This document shows positions 25,254 through 36,472 of a DNA stretch of 62,000 nt, piece by piece. Numbering within the stretch: position 1 is the stretch's first letter; every line of letters starts with the position of its first letter. The DNA is from Vicugna vicugna (Eukaryota): positions 3,534,001 through 3,596,000 of the forward strand of contig MU058221.1 of the NCBI GenBank assembly GCA_013265495.1, given 5' to 3'. Position numbers and translations under genes: made by a program. The notes beneath the pieces were generated by a model. The model saw only the letters and a list, made by a program, of their open reading frames with translations. It did not search any database and was not told the origin of the DNA.

Positions 25254-25352
25254 CTGAATAATACTTATATACTAAAATTATTGATTAGTTTGTCCTTTAC
25301 ATTTCAGTTCTGTGGTCTTTTTTTTAATGCACTTAAAATTTTTTTTTATTAT

Positions 25353-25538
25353 CTTGAAGGTTTAAAAACATTTTTCTGCAGAATCATATTTTACTTTTCT
25401 GCGTCCTTTTCCCGACTTCTCTTTCATGTGTTCTCGATGAGTAGAAATGAACAACACGTGTCTCTATTTCCTACTTAACTGTAGATTATTGCATACATTT
25501 TTGAATTACCAGTGTTTGGGGTTCTTTGCCTGTCTGAT
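25353..25538 (-). pseudogene. Candidate exon ending MILQKNVFKPSR
   Basis: Acceptor ctgttttgtag|. The donor appears mutated (AG|ataata). KPS precedes the RGS start as in recalled RGSL1 (RKPSMRPRNLTEVL). Confidence 0.4.
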
Positions 25539-26119
25539 CTACAAAACAGTTTTGACAGATCACTTTTTATCATCAGTTTATCTCTAGGACGTATAGTCCC
25601 CTCCTGGGCTGCAGTATCTTATATAACACTGATGCACAAAATTAAAAGAAAAAAAATATATATATAATTGCTTCTTTAGAAGTATCTAAAATTACATCAG
25701 TTTTATAAACTTGATAAATTAACGTTTAGAATCCAAATCAAAATTGTGTAGAATTAAAAATTCAGAAAAAAAACCATTAACCCTTTAAACAGTTTGGTCT
25801 TCTCATTATAAATGGAATTTCAGTTACTGTAGTTTGACCCCCTAGCCTAGAATATCAGGCACATATCAAACCATTCATCATCTCTTTAAAACCTTTACTT
25901 CTAGACTTTCAATTATTTTTATCACTTTATTTTTATTCTTTTGATATTAATAAAGATGTGGCAGAGATTGTTTTATGAGATGAGTACTGTTCATACTTTT
26001 TGCGTAAAGTTTGTCCTCAAATTATTGAAACGCTTTATGTAAAGTGCATGAATAGTACTGTAAGGAAGTAGCTTTATATTTGAAGAAAGTATTAGAGGTG
26101 AGTAATGTTGTTTAACTAT

Positions 26120-26883
26120 GTTTTGTGTGCCTGTATTGCCCTGTTTTGGAACATTTTCAGTTTATCTCATCAGTTCTTTGCACCTTCTAGCAAGACTTGG
26201 TAACATGGAGACATTGGTCAGTGGTACTGCTCCTGGCCCTGCTTATCCGTGTCAAAGGTGAAATAAAGGGAATTCAGAGGAAATAAATCGTAAGCATATG
26301 AGTCTCCCCTTTTTTGATCACTATTCCCATTCAAACTGAGATCCTGGAATTGTTCCCAGATTTTCTCTTTCTGAAGAGTTAAGCACTTAGGCAAAGTCCC
26401 AAACCAAACCCTAATCAAAGTCTCAAACGCTTTGATTTTATGGTTCAGTTTAAGTACAGAATACGTATCATGGAAAGCAAAATGAATTACAGTGAGAGAG
26501 AAGTAGCTGCTAACAGGAGAACCGATATTAAAGAAGCAGGTGGTGATCAGCGAAGAGCGTCCACCATTTACACAGAAATTCTTCAAGGCAAACTGTTACC
26601 AGACTGGGTTGTAGTTCCTCAAGGTTAACCACTGGGTTTCTGCATCTATTCCTAAATCCTGTTTTCTTCCTATCATTCTCTGATAGGACCCCTAACCCCA
26701 GTCACTGGGTTGGAATCCAGATGGACCAACATATTTCTTTGGTATTCATCAGACACATTTATATCTTCCCTATTTTTGTGACGGAGGGAGAAGTAAATAC
26801 TCTTCTTAGAGCAGCGCTTTAGGAGTCAGTGCTGTTTCTTCCCAGATTTAATCATCCATATCCATTTTTTTTTAAAGGCAAAC
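26120..26883 (-). pseudogene. Large exon including track ORF 26218..26586: ...NLEELQP / W*QFALKNFCVNGGRS...KCLTLQKEKIWEQFQDL...
   Basis: Strong acceptor aattctttcccttag|GTT and a 122-codon open stretch in unique AT-rich DNA. The 3' boundary is approximate. Confidence 0.6.
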
Positions 26884-27010
26884 CTAAGGGAAAGAATTAA
26901 TAAATAGGAAGATGTTATGGTTTGTCTAATTAAAATCCGTGTCTCATGCTAATAAAAGTTTATTGCAAATATGTACAGGCATTAGGTAACTGTAGAGGCA
27001 ATGTACTAAC

Positions 27011-27296
27011 TAAATAAATAAGGCCTATTTCATCCTGTCTGCCCAGCTTCCCCGGGGCTAGGATGTTCTGCTTAGACCCTCCCATGATTTAGTAAGAACG
27101 CCTGGCCAGTTCTGCACGCGCTCAGCTAGCCAGAGAGTGAACCTTCCCTCTCCCCGCTGGGATCATGGTTTGCGCATCAGTTTTCTCTGCCCAAAAGCAA
27201 TCACCTAAGCCGGTGGTTATGTGCGACGAGGGTAAAAGAGAAAAGCCATAAAAAGTAATGAGCCTACCGGATGCCCAAGCTTTCAGACCATAATTT
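27011..27296 (-). pseudogene. Exon: RNYGLKAWASGRLITFYGFSLLPSSHITTGLGDCFWAEKTDAQTMIPAGRGKVHSLAS*
   Basis: Acceptor caattctcttgtgctcag|A (phase 2), matching track ORF 27122..27304. Candidate donor |gttagt at 27010. Confidence 0.55.
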
Positions 27297-27415
27297 CTGA
27301 GCACAAGAGAATTGAAGTCGTGTTTGGTACTGGCTCAGGTGAGGCTGGATTGCAGTGTATGCTGCCGTTTGGGGTGTTTCTGCCGTCTGCGGACTACCAC
27401 TGAAAATGCTCTTAC

Positions 27416-27441
27416 CTCTTCCTCCAAGTCCAAAAGCAAAA
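27416..27441 (-). pseudogene. Micro-exon (26 nt): FCFWTWRK(R)
   Basis: Acceptor ttttgctttgtctttgtcaag| and consensus donor GAG|gtaaga. The phase 2 end fits the 27296 exon. Confidence 0.5.
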
Positions 27442-27489
27442 CTTGACAAAGACAAAGCAAAAGGCGTCATTAGCAGAGTTAATGGTGTG

Positions 27490-28075
27490 TAAGTGAGAGG
27501 TCTTTTGGATGTAAATAATAGAAAACCTTTTCCGGCTGGCTCCGGCAGTAACAGCGGCTTTGGTAACTGAAAACTCCAGGTGTAGAAATTAAGTAAAATG
27601 TGATGCGGAGTTGAGGCAAGGTTCAAAACGTCACCCTTTCTCTCTTTCCCCTCCCCTCCTCCTTTTCTCTCCCTCCTTCCTCACACTCTCTCCTTTCTTC
27701 TCTCCCTCCTTTTTCTAAGTCCTTCTCTCTGACTTCCATGTGCTTGCTTTACCAGAAGAAGGCTGCTGGATCACCTTGCAAATTGTCCACCAGTAGCTTC
27801 CGGGAGTTAGGCCATCACATGCTTTCTCTTTCCCAGGAGACCTTTCTGAACAGTTGGGAAGTTTCTCTTTTCAAAAGACTACACCTGTGGGCAAGTCACA
27901 AGCTCTGAACCAACGGAGTGGCTTTTCCCTTCCCTGGGAGTGAAACAGGCATGGCATGAGGTCATGATGATGGAAGCCTGAATTCCCAAAGGCAAACCAA
28001 AGTATGATGATTAACCTGAAATGGGAAAGGGTGTTAAATGGTCAAAAATAGCCATTGCCCACCAGAAATTGGAAG
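27490..28075. mobile_element. Old MaLR LTR (MLT1K/J-like)
   Basis: tcttttggatgtaaataatagaaaacc...gtaactgaaaactccagg start and an internal CT-rich tract. Confidence 0.55.
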
Positions 28076-28129
28076 ACAAACCGCTTTTTAAATTAAAATC
28101 ATAAAGAGTATGTTCCCAAACATAACAAA

Positions 28130-28920
28130 TACATTAAAAATCAATTACAATAACACATTGAGGTGACCTAAAATATTTGGAAATTGAACAACACATTTCT
28201 AAATAATCCATAGATCAAAGAAAAAACAATTTTAAATGGAAAATATTTTAATTAAATAAAAACTCAAATACAACCTTTTAAAATCTGTAGGGTATAGCAA
28301 AAACAGTGGTTAGAGGGAAACAGATTTAACTGCTTGAATTGCAGAAAGATAAATACATTTATTTTAAATGGGCTAACATTCTAACTTAAGAAGCTAAGAA
28401 AAAAGAAGCATAGTTTATGCAAGGTAGGTAAAAGAAACTAAATAATAAAGAGCAGGATTATATGGTAAGTCTATTCCTAGTCTTTTGAGGAATCTCCATA
28501 CTGTTTTCCACAGTGGCTGCACCAAACTGCATTCCCACCAGCAGTGTAGGAGGGTTCCCCTTTCTCCACAGCCTCTCCAGCATTTGTCATTTGTGGACTT
28601 TTGAATGATGGCCGTTCTGACTGGTGTGAGGTGATACCTCATGGTAGTTTTGATTTGCATTTCTCTGATAATTAGTGATCTTGAGCATTTTTTTTTCATG
28701 TTCCTTTTGGCCATTTGTACGTCTTCATTGGAGAACTGCGTGTTTAGGTCTTCAGCCCATTTTTGGATTGGGTCGTTTGTTACAGCATGTGTGTGTGCAT
28801 GACTGGAACATTATGCTTACACCAGAAATTGACACAGGGGTGTAAACTGACTGCACAACAATAATAAGGAGCAGTCACTGAGGAAGTACAAAATGAAGAC
28901 GGACAGGAAAAACATCCAAA
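28130..28920 (+). mobile_element. Old L1 ORF2 fragment hosting a younger L1
   Basis: aaatatttggaaattgaacaacacatttctaaataatccatagatcaaagaa and gcaaaaacagtggttagagggaaa. Confidence 0.75.
28456..28859 (+). mobile_element. 5'-inverted (twin-primed) truncated L1
   Basis: Antisense ORF2 end (track ORF 28415..28714) joined at about 28781 to a sense 3' tail. 15-bp TSD AATAATAA(A/G)GAGCAG at 28441-28455 and 28860-28874. Confidence 0.85.
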
Positions 28921-29196
28921 TGTTCTTTGTGTTGAGCCTCTTTGGATTGCGTTCTAGAACTTGCGAAACTACGAGTGGCCTGTTGTAGGCCCTCTGAATA
29001 CCCTTACATTGTCTAAATGATGCTTTTGGTTTTGTTTTAGCAACCCATTAACCCAATCAGCCTGAAATTGCAAACTCTGTCCTGTCCAAGGTGAATGGCA
29101 ACTTCGATGTCAGCTCACTTATTTTGATACCCAGTCAAGCTGTTTGTATAATATTCCATTCAGGGAAGTTCAGGGATGAAGAAGAGCTTAGGCAGG

Positions 29197-29527
29197 TTTT
29201 TTTCTTTTTAACTGAATTACAGTTGATTTGCAGTGTTGTGTTAGATTCTGGTGTACAGCATAGTGATGTATATATATATGTATATATATATATATGTATT
29301 CCTTTTCCTAAATTTTTTCATTATAGGCCATTACAAGGTATTGAATATAGTTTCCTGTGCTACACAGTAGGACCTTGTTGTTTATCTGTTTTATATGTGG
29401 TAGTTGGTATCTGCAAATCTTCAGCTCCCAATTTATCCCTCCTCATCCCTTTGCCCCTGGTAACCATAAATTTGTTTTCTATGTCTTTGAGTCTGCCTCT
29501 GTTTAGTAAATCAGCTCATTTTTTTTC
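29197..29527 (-). mobile_element. L1 3'UTR fragment (artiodactyl-type)
   Basis: Poly-T followed by agttgatttgcagtgttgtgttag...ggtgtacagcatagtgat...cctgtgctacacagtaggaccttgttg. Confidence 0.85.
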
Positions 29528-29643
29528 ACACAAAACCTGGGCACCCCTTCACTTCCCAGCAGCTGTGGTCCCCAGGCTCTGTCTACCGTAGGCTAGAAAG
29601 ATGGTACGTTTCCCTTGGAATTTCAGCCACACACCATACTCAC

Positions 29644-29835
29644 CTTTGGCCTGTTGTCCAACTGATGTCAAAGGACAAGGAATTTAACTGTCGTAGCTCC
29701 TTACAAAACTCCAGACCCTTCCAAATGTGAATGCAATGGCTTATTCTCTAGACTCTTTGCATAGTGTTTTAAATTTTTATAAAGAGTTTGTTTTCGTATG
29801 TGTGGGACTGTCAGTCTTTCTGCTGGCAACTTCAT
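29644..29835 (-). pseudogene. Symmetric exon (192 nt, phase 1>1): EVASRKTDSPTHTKTNSL*KFKTLCKESRE*AIAFTFGRVWSFVRSYDS*IPCPLTSVGQQAK
   Basis: Acceptor ctctggtatggcag| and perfect donor AAG|gtgagt. Three TAA stops, no frameshift. Confidence 0.55.
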
Positions 29836-29994
29836 CTGCCATACCAGAGATGGAGCTCACACTTAGTAACCTTACACATTTTTCTGTATAAATTCCTTTC
29901 ACAACTTTCGTTAGATTCATTCCTAGGATGAATCCTAGACACTTGATCATTTTAATTCAAGAATAAGTTACATAAAGTGAAAGACATCACTCAC

Positions 29995-30080
29995 TCTCCA
30001 TCTCCGAGAATGCCAGGTTGTTGGTAACCATGGCTTCCATTGTACGCGTCTCAAGAGCAGAGTCCCTGTCTTATATAGAA
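29995..30080 (-). pseudogene. Candidate exon (86 nt): LYKTGTLLLRRVQWKPWLPTTWHSRRWR
   Basis: Acceptor cttactgtatag| and donor GA|gtgagt. Resembles recalled RGS22 EYRLAKLVSQVRW. Phase is 1 nt off relative to the next exon. Confidence 0.45.
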
Positions 30081-30282
30081 CTATACAGTAAGTGAAGGTT
30101 TGTTGCTTGGCACGCAGTAAGTGCCCGTTAGATATTTTTGAACTAAAATACATTACAGATTCTGATGTAATTAATTGGGGATTTTCTCTCATGAGTTACC
30201 TGTCTTTGGATCCACCCAATAATAACACTGGAATAGGGCACAGAATTCATAGCTACCCACTTCCCTTTTCCTCGCTCTGCTT

Positions 30283-30452
30283 GATTTATTTTCAACCTAG
30301 AGTTCGTAACAGAATCACCGATGACGATGTTAAATAATACGGATGTCACTCTGCACCCCAGCCCAGCGACACTGGAAGTGGAATCCAAGCCCTGATTGTT
30401 CAGAAACTCTCCCCAGATAATTCTAATGTGCACTCGGGTTCTGGACTTTGGT
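30283..30452. mobile_element. MER5-type hAT-Charlie MITE
   Basis: agaatcacc...gttaaataatacggatg...ctccccagataattctaatgtgca. Confidence 0.65.
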
Positions 30453-32120
30453 TCTTTGTAAAGCCAACCACACAGATCTGTCTTGTTTAAAGAGTCTAAG
30501 AGGACAAACTGTGACAAAACAGCTGGATGATGAAGACAAAAGCAACCCAGAGCAATTTTCTATTTTTCCGGAATTTTATATTTTTGACACGCACGGATCC
30601 TATTTTTCTACCTTCTGACTCATCCCTACAGAAGGTACATTTGAAGGCCTATTGGAATTTAGCCGAATATTTATGTATAGTAGGGGGATGAGGAAGTGTA
30701 AATAGAAGACAAGGGTTAGATTGTAGAGGGTTCCATATCCCAGGTCGTATTTTCAGACCAGACTCCACTGGGGAGTCAGCGAAAGATTCTGGTCAGAGTA
30801 ATTATGCGTGTGCATGTGCTCACACACACACACACACACACAGGTCTGGAGTTGAATAGATTGGCAGTGGTTTACAAGGTTGATCAGAGAAAGCCTAGCG
30901 ATGGTGTTATTGCCAACAAACGTGGCAGTCTGGGCCATTAGATTGATTAACACGGGTGAAGCCGGTTTCAAACATTTTTAGACCAAAAAAGCTTTCTGAG
31001 TTGCCCAGAGGATGAGAGTAACATGTATGCTTCTGGGATTTGAATATTATTCTGTGTGCTTATTCTACACTGTCTCAACCCAGATAGCGTCCTGACCACC
31101 CCCTTCTCCCCTGAGAGTAGCCTCTGACACCTCTCTTCCCTCTTTCAGGAGCTGAAAGGCAGCTTAACCTCCTGGGGATGAATCTCAAGGGTGGAAACAC
31201 TCTAAAGTAGCTGAAGACTTGTCTGTGTGAAGTGAAGTCATATTAGGACACGATTCACCCTCTCCTTTCTTAGTTAAAAACGTTACTGTGCGAGGATCAA
31301 TAACCTGAATCCTGCAGATGGAATAAGAAAATCTGTTCAGCAAAATCACGCCTTGATTATGTCACTGAAGACATTGCCTGTCTTTGGTTAAAGACATGTT
31401 TTGTCAGGATGCGTGAAACCTTTTCAGCTGTTGCTTTAGGTTTTAGATAAGATCTCATCTCGTCAAATCTGACTCTGTAGATACTGTCCTTTCAAGTTTT
31501 CTCTTTCAAAAAATGTAATAATAATCATCAATTTAGCACTTAAAATTTTGACTTAACTTTTCTTGCTTGAAATCCTGCCACCTGCTTGCATGCCCACCTG
31601 AACTCCTGCCTCCAAGTGCACGCACAGCTATGACTACCTGGGGGTGAGAGTGGCTACTGAAATGTTATCATTGCAAATAAAGTGGACGCAATTTATAACC
31701 AAAGGGTGGATGAGAACTGGACCATCAGAATGATTATAACAAAAAGGATTAAACCTCAGGTCTTCTGTCCTGATCTTACGTTATTCATACCACAAAATGC
31801 TGATAGTTCTTACTGTACGCTTTACTCTTTTATTATTGAAAAGTGTTTCAGTTAAATTGAAGAAGCAATTTTTCATCGTAAACAAGCACTTCTCTTACTT
31901 GTGAAAAACGTGCTCATTTAGTAGAATGTACACTGGTTATCTCCCTTTCATCACCATCATGGGATGCAGGTCTAATGTCTTCTGCCAGTGATACCAGTAC
32001 GGATGAGCTGAGGCTTCATAAAGTCCATGTGCAATTTTGAAAGGCTGATGACTTGGAATACATCACTACAGTCAAAGTGCTAAGCACACCTGCCACCTCC
32101 AAAGATGTTCCTCTGTGTCT

Positions 32121-32126
<6 letters not shown>

Positions 32127-32156
<30 letters not shown>
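32127..32156. repeat. (TG)n microsatellite
   Basis: Direct reading. Confidence 0.95.
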
Positions 32157-32160
<4 letters not shown>

Positions 32161-33741
32161 CATAGTGTTGGTCTTGAGGTAAGAGGCCTGGTCTTCTGTA
32201 GTACCGTCTTGCAGGCAGCCTTTGGCTGAGGTCTGTGGACATCAGGTGGTTGCAAGGCTGGTCTCTGTGGCATCTGGACAGAGGCTATTCGTCAGAGAAG
32301 GGACAATTATGAATTATCAACCGGCACTCAGGGCAGTGCACAGGCCTGGCCAGTAATGGAGACCAGGGCAGGACCCAGACAGTATCCCCTAAAACCATGT
32401 AGGCAAATGCTTCCTTCTTTGGTACATTTGATTTGTCCTTGCCTGTCTGCCCACCTCTGCTTTGAATTCTGTCACTTGAGTTCATGGCAAGGGAGGGAAA
32501 GAAAGGATCTAGCATTGCTGGTTAGTGATTGGCACCAAGCTATGATTTCCCATATCTCAACGCTTCTCTTACACATGGCCGCCATATCTCTGTGCTGTCA
32601 CCACGAAGGCCGTGCTGAAATTCCCATTTTAGGATCTTGTACACAGGTGGTCAGCTGGTTGGAGTTCATTCAGTTGGAAACCTTTAGCTCCTTACTCAGA
32701 ATTTTTACAGTGCTTTATTTGTTCCTCACTAGCCCTCAGAATGGTCCAGTTCATCAGCCGGAGAGGGGTGATTTTAACTGAAAGAAGCTCAGCATTGTGC
32801 TATTTTGGCCATCGTTCCATATGCCAACAATGCTTTATTTGGTGATCGAGCATTGAATGCACTTTCATGGCCAATTTCACTGACCGTGATACAATATAAT
32901 AATAAATAACCAAGCCAAGGAATCAGCTCCTCCCCTTTTCAAGTGGGTTGAGGATGGAGTGTGAAATGAGAAATTTTATGATAAGCACACATGAAATGCA
33001 GTTTATAAAGGAACATCTAAATCTCGATTAAAGGTCTCAGCCTTCAGAGAATTGCATCTCACGCTTCATAACAGTTGTAGCATTTAGAGGAGGGACACAT
33101 CAAGTGTCTGAAATTTACATACAAGCAAATGTTTTACTGGTTTGAACACCCTTGGGATTAAAACAACAGCAACAACAAAATCTCTTCTCCCTTAGAGCCT
33201 AGGGAAGCACACAACGTACAGGGGAAATATAATGTAACTGGAGTTTCCTCTAAGACTGAAGATGGAGGACTGCGTGTGTGGACCTTCCTGGAATTTCTCC
33301 AGGAAAACAGCTCACACACCTAAAATACAAGGACAAGGGAAATTAAGCAGACCCTTTATTTATATTCCTTGGGGCTGGCCCAGGACTTGGTGCCTTGTAA
33401 CTAAGAGCTTCTTACTGATTAATCCCTGCAAGTTGCCCCATTAGATAAATATTTTAACTGTGGAGTGGCAAAAATAGTGTGGGAATGGTGTTTTGGTTCT
33501 GGATATATTTCTTTCTCAAGGGACTTGACATTCTTAATTCATTTAGGAATGGTTTTGATAGGCTTAGTGCAAAGCAAATGGCAGTGGAACAGGATTCCCG
33601 AGCAACACGGGAACCCTGTCCTCTTCTTGTCCAAAGCTGGCACGACCCTGGGATGGCGGAGGTGGAGGATCACACACAGGGGTCTGCAGGGCTGCGTCAG
33701 TCTCCATCTGGCTGTCACATTTCTCTCTCTCTTCATCTTCC

Positions 33742-33742
<1 letters not shown>

Positions 33743-33781
<39 letters not shown>

Positions 33782-34010
33782 GACAATGACAACAACAGCT
33801 AATACTTATTGAGACATTATATTGCAAGGCACTGGCTAAGCATTTTATAGATACTGTCTCGCTCAGTTAAGAACTTCAGTGGGAGGGCTTTTGCCTCCTT
33901 TCACAGATGAGAGGACACATGTTCAAAGTGACTGAATGGCCTGAATATACTCATACAGCGAATGAAGGCCAGAGTCATAATTCTGAACTGGCTCCAGAGA
34001 CCTGAACCTC
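33743..34010 (-). mobile_element. (AAT)n tract followed by a MIR
   Basis: (ATA)n then cagctaatacttattgag...ttttcacagatgagaggac. Confidence 0.75.
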
Positions 34011-34999
34011 GCTACGCGATGCGTCTCTGCATTCCTGCTTGTTGCTGCGTCTCTGAGTCTTAGTTAAAATTCCCTCTCTTAGAGACACTAATCGAGTTCC
34101 TTCTGGCACTGTGGGCTGGGAGTGAGCGTTATTCATTTTGTCATTGAACATCAAATACTGGGCACCTCGGATCCCTTGTAAACCACATGCCTAAGAGTGG
34201 TGCATCCCTGTGTGGAATCTCTTCAAAATCGTCTTCAAAAACCACAGCAACTTAGAGCACTCGCTGACATCTCCCCAGTGTCTCCGGGTAGTGACAGTGA
34301 AAATGCACCTGCGAACTTACAGAAGGATGGCCTGCCCTTCCTCTCCTGTTGACATTGTCACACGAGGAATTCTGCCAGTTAATCTAGCTGCATCCCCTTA
34401 GGCTGTAAGATGAGGAAAGACAGACTTTATTAAACATCCAGTGATAAGTGTGTGTGGAGGGGTGGGGTAGATAATGAGGAGCCTGTTTGGATATTGCCAG
34501 AGGGTCCACGAGGCCAGAACTGGATGGAGGGTCGGTGCACAAGGCCTGACGTGTGATGGAGGTCCACCAACACTGACCACCGCTGTGCCGCTGAGCATAC
34601 CTGTGGGACTGGATCGATTTCTACATGGGTTAGTTTCTTCTAGAGAGGGAGATCCTAATATTGACATTATGTCAGCAAATAGCAGTGCTACCAAATGGAA
34701 TGCCCCACGTAATTGATAGCGCTAGTCAAGCCTCCACGATTTAGGGAGCAGCAGGACCCACAGAGCTATGGAAGATCAGTTCGTGCTGTCGCTCATTACC
34801 TTCATCTCTGGTGTATGTGGTCACAAGAGTAAGCTCTGTTTCCCATGTGTTTGAAGCATTGATCCATACATGGGAAATCCCATAGGGAAATGTTTTTTTC
34901 TCCCATTGCAAAGAAAATCTATTGGGTTAATTGATTATGCAGAAATCGCTTAAAAGCTTTCCCAACAGAAGACCCCGTGACCAACCGAGTGAATCAGAC

Positions 35000-35530
35000 A
35001 TCAAATGTAAAAATTACCTGACAACCAAAATTCTTCCAGTCATCTGCAAGTTCTTACCTAGTCTGACCCCCACTATACCCCTTGCCTTTGGCTCTTCCTT
35101 CTCTCCTAGTAACCCTCCCCTTGCTCTGCTTCCATTGTGCCATCTCTCTGCGCCTCAAGGAGGCGTGTGCAGTACCTCAGGACCTTTGTGCCTGCTCTTC
35201 CTTCTGCCTACAAGTGTCACCTTCATCTTCTTATACTTCCGCTGGTCTTTCCTCCAATGTCATCTTCTCAGAGCGGCTTTCCTTAATCACTCCCTTGATT
35301 ATTTCAGCACCTCTCCACTAGCCTGAACACTTGAATTCCCCTTCCCTACATTATTTTTCCTCTGTGACATTTATTAACATTGAACTGTTTATTTTTCCTA
35401 TTTATCCATCACTAAAATATAAGCTCCATGAATGTAGAGATTTCTGCTTCCGTGGTTCATTGCTAAATTCTCAGTGCTTATAATAGTTCCTCTTCTCTGT
35501 CATGTAGAGACAGTCAGTCAGTATTATGGA
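35000..35530 (+). mobile_element. L2 3' fragment
   Basis: acctcaggacctttgtgcctgct...aatataagctccatgaatgtagaga...tgaa-like tail. Confidence 0.75.
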
Positions 35531-35624
35531 TACAGAAACGCATGCAAAGAATTGATCCTCCTCTAAAAAATCTATCTATCTGTTTATGTGTCTATCTATC
35601 AATCTGATCTGTTCGTTCCCTCTA

Positions 35625-35830
35625 GACCAGTCGTGGTCTGACCAATAAAACTTTCTTTAATGATACAGGTGCTTGTATCTGCACTGCCCAACATGGTGGT
35701 CACAGGCCACAGGCCACATGGAACACTGGAATGTGGTTAATGCCACTGAGACACTAAATTTTTAATTAAATTTTTTTTTAAATTTTATTAACTTAAATAA
35801 TAGTAGCCAAGTGGGAACAGTGACCGCTTT
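35625..35830. mobile_element. MER3-like hAT-Charlie MITE
   Basis: ccaataaaactttct...atctgcactgcccaacatggtggtcac...actggaatgtggttaatgccactgag. Confidence 0.7.
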
Positions 35831-36472
35831 TGTCATTACTTACAGGTTCCAAACTGGGGGTTACGATGTGGTTCTGCAAACACTGATAAAAATTTTAAAG
35901 AGCTCTGAAAAGGTGTTTCCAACTGCTTATTAAAGCAAAGACAGAATGGTAACATGCAGTGGTAACAGGAATTTATGGACTAATGTGGTTCCTTTCTTAA
36001 GCCAAGCTCCAAACCCCCCCTGGGTTTTATCTTTGCTCTTTCATCTGCCTGGAATGTCCTGCATCCGGGTCTAGATCACTTCTTTCAACATCCATCTCGC
36101 TTCTCAATGGCCTTTTTCTCAAACCAGTCTTCCCTGCCATGCTCCCTAATACAGCAGTTGCTAGTATTTTTCAACGTCTGCATTAAATTTTTTTTATTTA
36201 TTTGCTTTATGTATTTACTGCGAGGTTTGCTTCACTGTGTTGGAAGAGCCAAGAGAAAAGGGGTTTCATCTTTCATATTGATTACTGCATCCTTAGTATC
36301 AAGAATAATGACTAGTACATAGAGGGAGCTCAGAGCAGCCTTAGGGACAAATAAAAGATACGATGCTTTTGCTCTCTCAGGATCTGCAGCTGTGACCAGA
36401 GGTGGGACTGAACAGACTGACTGTGCACTTATTTTATAGATCATTCTATTATTCAGGGCCCTTGAGTGATAG

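Larger units (their letters stand above)
13210..30080 (-). pseudogene. Multi-exon unprocessed pseudogene, putative RGSL1/RGS22-family multi-RGS-like-domain gene
   Basis: Series of exon-like blocks on the minus strand with AG acceptors and, for several, clear GT donors. Junctions 16665-16478 > 16203-16071 > 15942-15906 > 15554 are phase-compatible. Translations are protein-like but have in-frame stops and frameshifts. The family call rests on recalled RGSL1/RGS22 motifs. Confidence 0.75.

Noticed and set aside
26440..26628. Plus-strand 62-aa protein-like ORF
   Set aside because: It is the antisense shadow of the minus-strand exon, with no plus-strand splice context.
27264..27626. 120-aa track ORF as a coding exon
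   Set aside because: The N-terminal part lies in an MLT1 LTR, and splice signals favour the 26-nt micro-exon plus the 27296 exon in another frame.
29091..29591. Longest track ORF (166 aa)
   Set aside because: It runs through an antisense L1 3'UTR and a TA repeat.
29868..29960. Open frame MIKCLGFILGMNLTKVVKGIYTEK in frame with the 29835 exon
   Set aside because: It matches the L1 ORF2 motif IKYLGINLTKEVKDLY, so it is an intronic L1 scrap. The near-palindrome at about 29914-29934 lies within it.
30143..30517. 124-aa track ORF and an apparent acceptor at 30296
   Set aside because: Its middle, including the AG, lies in a MER5-type element, so the continuity is probably fortuitous.
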